A stretch of DNA of 64,000 bases from Felis catus (lineage: Eukaryota): the NCBI RefSeq assembly GCF_018350175.1, contig NC_058383.1, positions 5,148,001 to 5,212,000 on the forward strand, written 5' to 3'. Below, piece after piece: positions 37,513 to 47,143 of this stretch. The translations under genes were made by a program, and so were the position numbers. Below the pieces are notes generated by a model. That model had not been told where the DNA came from and did no database searches. It was given only the letters and a program-made list of their open reading frames with translations. How positions within the stretch are numbered: position 1 is the stretch's first letter; every line of letters begins with the position of its first letter.

Positions 37513-40500
37513 GTACGTACCCAGTGGCTTCCTGCCCTCCCCTAGCTGCTCACTCCTCTCTCGTTCTCTCTCCCCCGTTGGTCTGTGTGAAGCTTTGATT
37601 TGTGGCTGCCATTCATCTGACCCATGTGGCTTTGGACTTGCTGGGGTTAGCGTCATGCAGGGTGCAGTGAATGTGACACCCACAGCCCTGGGGTGGCCGG
37701 AATGCCAGCCTTTCTGCGCCCGGGAGCGCATGGGGAATGCCACGTGGGAACGAGCTTGCCCCTCTGTGTCTTTAGGGCCCGAGCGGCCACGAGCCTGCTG
37801 GTCATCTCCAATTTCGTGCCTCACCGGGTGCCTCTCATACTAACCAAACAGCGCATGTCTGCACCACCCCTGGACAGGGCCTGGGGATGGTCAAAAGGAT
37901 TCGTAACCATTGACACAGAAATAGAATAGCGGTGATATTTTCTGGGCAATTTTAGAAATTGGTAGGAGGGTTTTTTTGTTTTATTTTTACACTGGGTGGG
38001 GTGGGGTGGGATCTCGGCCTTTCTGTGACACGTCACAACTGTACGTCATCCGGGCACTCTGAGAGCACGTTGTAGGAGACCAGGCTTGAGAGAAGTCCGG
38101 CGATTTTGTGGTTTTCATCAAGGGGAGGGTAAAGAGGCGTGAAGGCCTGTGAAGGCCATGGCTCCGCCGTTCGGGTTTGGGGTCTTGCTCTGACTTTTCT
38201 CTGGCTGCGCTGAGGTTTGGGAGAGTTCTGGACCTTGGCCTAGAAACCCAGAGCCGTAGCCGTGGACCTGAAGGCCTGAGTCCCCTTTGAGATGCATCTG
38301 ACTCTCTGGTCGTATCAGTTCTGGGGCCCCCAGGGGAGGCCAGAGCAGGGACGTGTCCAAAACCCCCGCAGCAGCACCCGGGCCCCTCCCGGCCCTGCGT
38401 TGCCAGGGAACGCCCCTCGAAGGGCAGTGACGGCACAAGCCCGCCCGGCAGCTGGTGTGGCCTCAGCACCCGTGGGAGACGGACCTGCTTCTAGACAGAA
38501 CAAAACGATGGGCGTAAAGGCACACCAGGGCTTGCACCCCAGCCTGTGTCCTGGCTACTCATCTAATCGGGCCACAGAACCCGCGTCCAGAGCACCCTTA
38601 GGGGACAGAGCCAGCTGGGTGGTGAGTGGGCGCCGAGGAGCCCCGGGCAGCGGGCTCCTTCCGCGCTCCACCGCCGTGTGCGCATGCGTGAGAGGTGGTG
38701 GTCCCGCAGTCACTAAGCTAGTGGTGATTGGTCACCCGCCGGCCAGCCGAGAGACTGCCCGGGAGCCCCCTCCCCAGACGCACAGCAAGCCCGCTGCTGC
38801 CTCCCCGTCCCGGACGGCCCCTCTGTTGGCAGAGCTGCAGCCAGAGAGTGGACTTCGCAGGGGACTGGTGTCCCCGGAGCTGCTGGGGCCTACACACAGT
38901 CCCGCCCGTGGGCTGCCTCCCAGCAGTTCTGACGCTGGCCTGGCCAGCAGGGACAGTGGCTGGTGTTGGGCTCTGAGGACCAAGAAAGCAGTCAATCTGG
39001 AAGCCGATGCTGAAGATGAGTTGGTTTGGCCAGGGTGCTCTTGCTGCGCTCGGCTCTGGGCCCCCACCCAGCACAGGGCAGATCTAGGCCCCGACCCGGA
39101 GGCGCTTGGCCACAGGCCTACAGCACGGGCGTAGGAAATGTGTGCTCCGTGCACCCACGCAAATCGGGACGGAGGTCACCGCCTGACCTTACTTCATTGT
39201 TTCCCGTCATAAGCTTAGTCTTAGGGCAGGTGGCACTTTCGAAAGGCCTGGATGTTTTGCGGGAGCGTAGGAACATTGTAGTGTTGCTTACGGATCAGCG
39301 AAGTGCCTCATAGTCACCAAGTTTTGAGAACGAGTCGGTTGTGTTGAAAACACAGGAACGCGGATCAGAGCTGAACTGTCACGTGGAGTGTGTGTTGCGG
39401 GGTGTGCGTGTGCGTGTGCCTGGGAACGGCCATGGAACTAGGAGGAGGTTCACGGGGTGGGGAAGCCAGGCTCCTTTCTGCAGGGGTGCGTGGTGTGGCA
39501 TGTGTCCCTGTCTCCCGAAGCTCAGCCAGAAACACAGAAGCAGAGCCTGTCTGTTCCCTGCAGCCAAATCTCTGAGCCCAGGGGTGTGACGCCAGCCTGC
39601 TCTCTGTGCTGCACGGGTACCTGGGATGGGGCTGGGAGGCCCCTTGGCCAGGAGAACTGGACTAGGGATCGGGCTCCCCAAGACGTGCCACTGAACCCCA
39701 GGAGCAGCAGGGTAGGAGCCCAGGGGCAAAATGCTGAGAAGCCTTCCTGGCAAAGCCGCTTCTCCTGGGGAGGGGGGGTGGGTCACGGGGTCGCCGATAG
39801 GGCCTCAGGGTGAGCAGAACACATAGGCCGCCACCTAGCGACCCAGTGGCGGGAGCGCAGGGAAGAGGGGGCACTGGACAGATGGACAGCACGGGGAGCC
39901 CCTGGGAGGATTCTCCCACGAATGTGCTCGTTGAGGCTCAGTGGACGGCAGGTGCTGGCGAGAGCATCGGGGCTCAGGCCAGCACGGTGTGACCTGAAGG
40001 AAGGGCCTGGGTGCGGCACACGGTCAGATCCTCATGACAGGGACCCAAGGGGGGGGGGCGTGGAGCCGGGGGGGTGTCTGCCGGGGGTTTGGGGGGAGCA
40101 GCAGCTGGCCCTTCCTTCCCCGCTCGGCTGCGGCTTCCTCCACTGTGCCCGGCGTGCCCCATGCAGCCAGCCTGCCTGAGGCCGTCGGGAGGAGGTCAGG
40201 TGTCTGACTGGTGAGGCAGGGGGTGAGGGACCCCAGAGGGGTCTCCCGAGGGCCTGGCCAGTGGCCCTGACTCTCCCCGCACAGCGGGTGGTGTCTTGCC
40301 TGCCGGGGTTTCTGCCCACACCAGGGCCGGGACGCTCTCTTGCCTCAGCCCCAGGAGGACCTGGGAGCTGGCAAGTGTCCTTTCTTGTCCTTCCACGCCC
40401 CACGCCCCCCCACCCCATGATCCCCTTGTCCTGTCTCCATGCCTGTGTCCCTCAGCCCTCTTGGCACTCACCCAGATAGAGGTGGTGAGCTAGACCTTGG

Positions 40501-40717
40501 CTGTCACCTTGGGGAGTGACCGGGCAGGGAGGGTCCCTTCTTGTGCCCCTGGATTGCTTGAGTCTGTTACCACGTGCGTCGTCTTCTCTCAGGTTTTGTT
40601 TTTTTAACTTCATGTCAAAAGTAAGGGCTAGAAATTGAAGCCAGTTCGTGCCAAATATTTAAGGGTAAAAAAGGACTTCCTTTTCCATAGTGAAAGGAGA
40701 GTAGGTGCAGATAGATG

Positions 40718-40718
<1 letters not shown>

Positions 40719-40766
<48 letters not shown>

Positions 40767-40772
40767 CGCGCG
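40719..40772. repeat. (TG)n(CG)n microsatellite
   Basis: About 20 TG units followed by cgcgcgtgcgcgcg. Confidence 0.95.
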
Positions 40773-41297
40773 GGCGCTTCACATGCATCCCGTATCTTGT
40801 TAAGAGATTAATTCAATCTAATAATTCCCTGGACTGAGGAGTAATTGATGTTGATGGATCCCAGGGCCACCCAGAGCCCTGAGGTAATGGGATTACGTCC
40901 TGGACAGGCCCCGGGGAGCCGCACTGACTTCATCTTGTCATTTCCATGTGGGGAAATTAAGCCCATTCATCATGACTAACTTTTCCCGAAAGCAGGTTTG
41001 GAATGCACTTGAGTTACCTAGGCGGCCCAGGGGGCCACGGTGGGGGTGCATGCGGGGCCCCCAGCAGCACGCCGCGCCCTCCTGTCGCCAGCGGGCCGAG
41101 AGGGGCCTGCAGGGCACCCGGCCACACGGCTTGGCCAGGACGTGGCCGAGCGTTGGGCGGAGTGTCGAACAGGTTCACCAGGAAGGAAACTAAAGGCCAG
41201 GCCTGGCTCCCGATGGCATTTGTGAAAATGGGTATTTGTAGGCCTCGGGTCGTGTGCCCGCCCCGGGCCCTGGCTCACGAGCTCCTTCCGCTTTTAG

Positions 41298-41374
41298 GAG
41301 GGCGGGTGAAGACCTGGAAGCGGCGCTGGTTCATCCTGACCGACAACTGCCTCTACTACTTCGAGTACACGACG
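41298..41374 (+). CDS. CYTH3: CYTH3 exon 10 (77 nt): (G)[25 protein letters not shown]
   Basis: Acceptor ccgcttttag, donor ACG|gtgagt; PH phosphoinositide-binding motif. Confidence 0.95.
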
Positions 41375-41464
41375 GTGAGTACCGGGCGGGCCGCCCGCCC
41401 TCCGTGCCCCCGGCCCCTGCGCCGCCGCCCCAAGCGAGGCTGGCTGTGCGCTCTTCTCTCGTAG

Positions 41465-41536
41465 GACAAGGAGCCCAGGGGAATCATCCCCCTGGAAAAC
41501 CTCAGCATCAGGGAGGTGGAAGACCCGCGCAAACCG
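41465..41536 (+). CDS. CYTH3: CYTH3 exon 11 (72 nt): DKEPRGIIPLENLSIREVEDPRKP
   Basis: Acceptor tctctcgtag, donor CCG|gtaagc. Confidence 0.95.
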
Positions 41537-41618
41537 GTAAGCGGCCCTGCCCTTGGCGCCTCGGCCCGGCGGCGGCGGCCCCCCTCGCGCGCTGACGGCC
41601 CTCTGTCTGTCTCGCCAG

Positions 41619-41773
41619 AACTGTTTCGAGCTTTACAACCCGAGCCACAAAGGCCAGGTCATCAAGGCCTGCAAAACGGAGGCGGACGGCCGAGTGGTGG
41701 AGGGCAACCACGTGGTGTACCGGATCTCCGCCCCGAGCCCCGAGGAGAAGGAGGAGTGGATGAAGTCCATCAG
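41619..41773 (+). CDS. CYTH3: CYTH3 exon 12 (155 nt): [51 protein letters not shown](R)
   Basis: Acceptor gtctcgccag, donor CAG|gtgcgc; within ORF 41553..42020. Confidence 0.95.
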
Positions 41774-42053
41774 GTGCGCGCCGGCCCCGCTCGAGCCCGA
41801 AGGCTCCGCGTCCTCGCGGTGCGCGAGCGCGCACGTCCGTACGCCTGCGCGTGCGTGTGTGGGCGGGCGTGCACGTGCGCGCACGCATCTGTGGGAGGGC
41901 ACGCACGTGTGTACGCGTGCACGCGCGCTTCCGAGGGCAGGGCCCGCCCTGTGGCCGCAGAGACGCGGAGGCTCGAGCCTGCTCTGCCTGGAGGGCTGCG
42001 GGTGCCTTCTTCCCACCTGAGGGTTTCCTCCCCCGCCCCCCCTTCCCCCCCAG

Positions 42054-42126
42054 AGCGAGCATCAGCAGGGATCCTTTCTATGACATGTTGGCCACGAGGA
42101 AGAGGAGGATTGCCAATAAGAAATAG
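42054..42126 (+). CDS. CYTH3: CYTH3 last coding exon: (R)ASISRDPFYDMLATRKRRIANKK-stop, polybasic C-terminus
   Basis: Acceptor ttcccccccag; TAG at 42124-42126. Confidence 0.96.
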
Positions 42127-44840
42127 ATCTTTCCTGGCCCGAACCGGTGAAAACAGAAGCCAAGACTCCACGACGGAAAGTGACTGGGAGCCTCCCCCGA
42201 CCCCCCCAGCGCCGCCGGCCCCGCCTCGGTCTCCCGCCTCCTCTCTGGAGACGGCGCGTGCGCAGTGGGAGCGCCGCCCCGAGCCCCCGAGGAGCGTTCT
42301 GTGCGTGGCGGCCGATGTCCAGATGCCCTCCTCCCGGTCCCAGCCCGCGGTGGCACCTGCCGGCTCCTTCGAGGGAACCTCGTGCCAGTCGTGCCGCCCT
42401 TGGCTCACCCGTGGCAGCGTTCGCCGTTCCAGAAGCCGCTGTTTTATATCTGAACAAGAAAGGAAACGCTACCACTTTTTTATTCAGAGTTTTTTCTCAG
42501 ATATATAGGATTATAGCTTTTATATGCCTTTTTATACTCTGAAATTATAACGAAGGATACTTTCTAACACTAGTATTTTTAGAATGGCAGCTATAAATGT
42601 AACTCGTGGACGCAAGTATATACTGTGCACTGAAGAAGTCGTCTATACGTGCACCTGCCGCCCTGCGTGGGGGGGGCGTGGGCGGCTTTGTGGGGTGCTT
42701 TCGTGGTGGTCCTTGGGGTGGAGGGACGTTTCTGGGCAGGGGCTGGGCTCCAGGGGGCCAGATCCCGGGGGTCTCGTCATCAGCTCAGACTCTGTGGCCC
42801 CACAGATACTTTCTAAAAAGGCCAATTGTTACAATGTAAGTGCTGGTTCTGGGTGTGAATCCTGTGGCTGCGGTCACAGGGGGTGTGTTGAGCCCCGTGA
42901 GACCGCCGCCAACCAGCAGTTGCGTGTGGTTCAGTGCAACCGTGAGTGGTTCAGACTGACGGACCGGTCTTCGCTATTTAAAACCTTTCGGCAAAACAGA
43001 TACTTCTTTTACTGACCTACTAGTTTGACCAGATCTCTTAGCATAATGAATAGACGAGCAACCAGAGCAGATCTTACTCCTCGTTTTTAGAGACTGTAAT
43101 CTCTTGCCATGAGGACGGAAGGGGCGCGCTGTGGGATGAGGGTGCGTGGCACTTAGGGTCTCCTGTAAATAGCGTGAAAGCCCAGATGCACGCTGGTGGT
43201 GGCACTTAAGAAGATCCACCGTCAGACGGTTGTCAGGCTGCCGATGATCTAACAGGTGCTCAGGACGTCTGCCCGAGGGAGGACGGGGCTCAGAGCCGGC
43301 CGGGGGCGCCGCTGGGGGCTGCTGGGCGCTGGGGCGGTGCCTCTGCCTCTTCTGGACGGGGCCGGTGACGGATGCTGCCGGGACCCTCTTGGCCACATTC
43401 CGGCGGTGGGTCCCCGTGTCTGTGCCCTTTAGAGGTCACGAGCTGTCGTGTGCAAAATGAAAGTCCCAGAAAGCAGACCTCGGACCGGACCGTCGGCACC
43501 TATGTGAAGATTTTAAGTAGAAGTGACTGCCCTGCGAGTTGCCTTGGTGCTGACACTGACTGGCCGTGGGCCCCTGGCCTCGGCACCACTGACCTTGACG
43601 TAGCTTTAAGTCACGCTGGATGCAAAGGGGTCTGGGCCCGGGCCTCTCTGACATGCCTCAAACTGATTTTTTGTTTCCTTCCCAAGCTTTTAGGCTTTGT
43701 TACCGTCCTGATACCTCAAATTCGAAACTTTAGTTTTGGAGAAAGGCGAGTCCTCATTCTTGAAATGCCTGGCTGGTATATATGCAACTCTGGCCTCCAG
43801 TCTTCCACGAAAGCCGATGGCGCCTGGAGCACGCGCCCGCCGCCCCCACCGTCGCCGACCAGTGGGGCCGCCCGCCCCTCTCCCGGGCCGCCCAGGGCGC
43901 CGAGGGATCAGTGGTTGGCGCGGGGGCGCGCTCCCTCTCTCGGCCCCGGGTAGGCCCCTGGGGATACAGGCTTTCTGTCTTCGGGGTTTGGCCTCTGTAG
44001 GGTTGGGAGAAGCGAGCTTTGGGAAACCCCTGTAGGAATTCTCTGGTCGCCGGTGAAGGAGCCTCGCGTGATGGCTCTTTTCCCGGGAACCGTGCAGAGG
44101 CCGTGGTGCTTAGAATCTGTCACTTGCGGTCAGTGTTCCGTGAGATCTCTGACTCCGGGTTTTGCGTGGCAGTATTAACGCGGGGCAAGCCGGCGGTCAC
44201 CCCGCTACGCCGTCAGGCGGGCCGGTGGCCGCGTCTCTCCTCCCTGCCCCCACGTCCTCCCAGTGCTAGCATTTTAGTCCCAACTCTGGCCAAAGACAAG
44301 CTTCCCTCCGGAGACCAGGGGCAGGAGGCGGAGAAGGGGGTGCTCTGGGCCGAAGACCGCGGCTGCCACGGCCCCGCCGGCCTCCGTTTACCCTCACCCA
44401 GGCGAGCGTCAGTGTCTTCGGGATCGCGGCACATCCTGGAACAGTCTAACGTGGTACCAAACGGAGTCAAAATAGCTATTTATAGATGAAGCAGCATTCA
44501 ATGCTTCATATAAAGCAATGCATATTTTTAAAAGTTAAAATGCATAGATCTATAGAGATGTGCTTTGCTGAGAAGTTAGGTCTGTTGTAGACCGGAAACC
44601 ACATGTTGTGATTTCGCATTTTCTTATTTTTTTCTTAGGCATTTCTATTTACGGTAAATATAGTTAATATGTAAATAATGTACATAGAGATTTCCGGAGT
44701 GTTTGTTATTCAGTGTATATACCCCCACAACCTGCATGAAGAAATACCCCGTCATCGATGTTTTGTTGTATCATTGGAGGGTGTATGGCCGTCAAATTGC
44801 AAATACCGTGTTCACAAAATAAAAAAAGGCGTTGTTCAGA
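42127..44840 (+). other. CYTH3: CYTH3 3'UTR (about 2.7 kb; end approximate)
   Basis: Follows the stop; AU-rich blocks; AATAAA at 44818-44823 followed by GT/T-rich sequence. Confidence 0.75.
44818..44823 (+). promoter_or_regulatory. Probable CYTH3 polyadenylation signal AATAAA
   Basis: Canonical hexamer at the end of an AT-rich UTR block, just before the USP42 3' end. Confidence 0.75.
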
Positions 44841-45019
44841 CAAGACCGTCTGGGACTTGGTTCTTGAAAATAGATTGTGGGGTCCCGCGGCCTGCTCCCT
44901 GCCCCTCCTCCAGGCCCAGGAAGGCGGGGAGGGGAGGGGGCAGCTTGGGCTGGAACAGGTGAGAAGGGTCTGCTGCGCAAACGGGGAAAACAGCGGTAAA
45001 GAAGAAGACACAAGATGTT

Positions 45020-46027
45020 GAATTTGCTGCCATTTATATACTATATAAACTTTACATGCTGTGTATTTACAGTGGGGCGAGTGCTTTTTTTAATCTTTAA
45101 AAAAACAAAGATCAAACTTTAGACATCTCTGAACAACACAAACTGTATAAACCATACAGATTATTCAGATACAAACTGTATTAAATACAGTTTTCCCCAC
45201 TCCGTCTCCTGATGCAGGACCAGTGAATTATAAGTGTATCACAGTTTGATAGCATATCCATATTAAAAATAAAATCACAGTATGATTTTGTCTGTAACTA
45301 GAAACTTTAAGGGACCAAGCTGACAACTCAGACTCCAATATCATAGTCAAGACAAGAGACACTGTATAAAAAAGTGTTAAGTAATAAAAACATACTGTAG
45401 GCTTTACAAATAATGTTTGGATTATACATTCATAATGTAAATACTCATCATAACTGGTAAATCGATTGGAATAGTTCCACAAAGTTCAAAAACAGAACTT
45501 GTCTATAAAATACATTTTCAAATCTTGAATACAACTAAAATATGAAGCGAATTAGTTTCTAGTATCAGACATTACAGAAAACAGACTGCTCCCAAGTCTA
45601 GTCGAGAGCTCGTGAATCTTTAAATAAGTCTTTAAATTAAATATACACACTGTCAGTTGGTTTGTACTTTTACTAATTCCATGGTTTCCCGGCTGCTCTC
45701 GCACCGGAGGTCTGGCTTGAAGGAGCTTTTCCATGGAATGCGAGCAGTCCACCTGAGTCTGATTAAGCAGCATTGAGATGTTCCAGTCCAGGGCGTCACT
45801 GTCCGTGGGATTTATGTACACGCTGTTTACAACGGTCAGCAGTTGTAGAAAGGGTTCGTCCGTTTGGAATAAGGGGAATTAAGAAAAGGTAAAAACTAAA
45901 AAAAAGTCCTCCATGGTAAAATCTGTACAGTATTTACTAAAGAAGCACCACGCAGATTTGAACAGAGTTATTTCTACATTTATAATTTAAGCTGGGTTGG
46001 GGATGGCTTCTGTTGAACGCGCTGAAT
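45020..46027 (-). other. USP42: USP42 last exon, non-coding 3'UTR (3' end approximate, 45015-45070)
   Basis: Minus-strand acceptor tcttgtctttcag|ATTCAGCG; AT-rich; candidate signals ATTAAA (45089-45094) and TATAAA (45033-45038) on minus. Confidence 0.75.
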
Positions 46028-47099
46028 CTGAAAGACAAGAGGCGGCAAGCAGCGGGCGTTAGTACCTCCCGGGGCGGGCGGCGGGCGGCGGGGCGGCTCC
46101 CCCGCCACCACCCCAGTCGGGGCCTGCCTTCCCGCACGGTCCGGGCTCCCCGGGGGAGCGCTTCTTCCCGACCACGGGCCCTCTGCCTTCCGGAAGGGCG
46201 GAGAAGGAAGCGGGCTGTTCCGGACGGACGTGCGGAGGGAGCCACCTGCTGGGCCCGAGCCCGGCTGCCGCTAATCCTCTCCGGCCTTAAATCCCCTCTC
46301 GCTAGACAAGAGCCTGATTCCTTAATCAGGCTTCGGTCTTTTCCTTAAGACACACGGACTAAGCAGGTTAGTTAACCGCACGTTAATCCTCCGCAGACAC
46401 TTCAGTGAGATCCGTTTCAAATCCCCCCTGCGGCCTGGGAGCCACACGGGACGACGTCCCCTCTCCGGAGAGAAGGGCACGCTCTCCCGCCTCCCTCGGC
46501 TGACGCGGGCCGCCGACCTGCACTACTCTCTCCCCGGGCCGCCGCCTCACGGTCCGGGAGCGACCCGCCGGACGCCGTCCGAGTCCCGATCGGTCACGAG
46601 GCGCCCCGACCTCGTTCAAATAACGCCGAGTCCTTCCGAAATCAGTGTGATTTCTGGGTGCGCGCGGACTCGGCGCTCCCGGCCGGGCGCCAGCAGGCGA
46701 GCGTGTCCGGCGTGGGGTCCGCCAAGCCCTCGCTCCCGAGGCACGGGGACCGGTGGCCGCGGGTAGGATGGCGATTCCGGGGGGCTGCTCTCCTAGGCCG
46801 GCGGGGCAGGCCGGGCGGCGGAAAGGGGCTTCTCCGTCTGTGTGGATTCTGGCGCTTTCCGCTCTCCCTCGTTTTCTTATGACGAGGGGAGGAGGAGGGA
46901 ACCGGGTGGCGCCGCCCGGCGAAACGGGGGCCGGACCCGCGGAGGCGGGCCGAGGTCTGAGCGCGGCGCCGGCCTGGGGGAGCCTCCCGCACCTGCTCCC
47001 CGCGGCACCGCCTGGTCCCCGAGGCCCCCAACTCCTCATCTGCGTCCCCGCGGCGCCTCCACAAGCAATTATGAAACGTACAGATAGAAAACCGCTTAC

Positions 47100-47143
47100 C
47101 ATAACTAGTGAGTTTTTTGTTTTGAGGCCAAGTTTTCAATCAC
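47100..47143 (-). CDS. USP42: USP42 exon 17 (44 nt): coding (G)D-stop at 47143-47136, then 36 nt of UTR
   Basis: Minus: ctttgctttctag|GTGATTGA...GTTATG|gtaagc. Confidence 0.85.

Larger units (their letters stand above)
17972..44840 (+). other. CYTH3: CYTH3 gene span within window (exon 2 to approximate 3' end); exon 1 and promoter lie upstream, so bases 1-17971 are intron 1
   Basis: Spliced exons translate to VPEDLSLEEREELLDIRRRKKELIDDIE...[17 protein letters not shown]...[20 protein letters not shown]...DPFYDMLATRKRRIANKK, recognisable as cytohesin-3. Adjacent USP42 matches known synteny. Confidence 0.97.

Noticed and set aside
37963..37970. Second tag-GAG motif as an alternative microexon location
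   Set aside because: Followed by gg rather than gt and lacks an upstream pyrimidine tract.
38292..39134. 280-aa ORF in the CYTH3 microexon intron
   Set aside because: Pro/Ala/Arg/Gly-rich composition typical of stop-poor GC-rich DNA; no domain motif.
41516..42508. 330-aa ORF overlapping CYTH3 terminal exons
   Set aside because: Out-of-frame path through GC-rich introns and UTR; low complexity.
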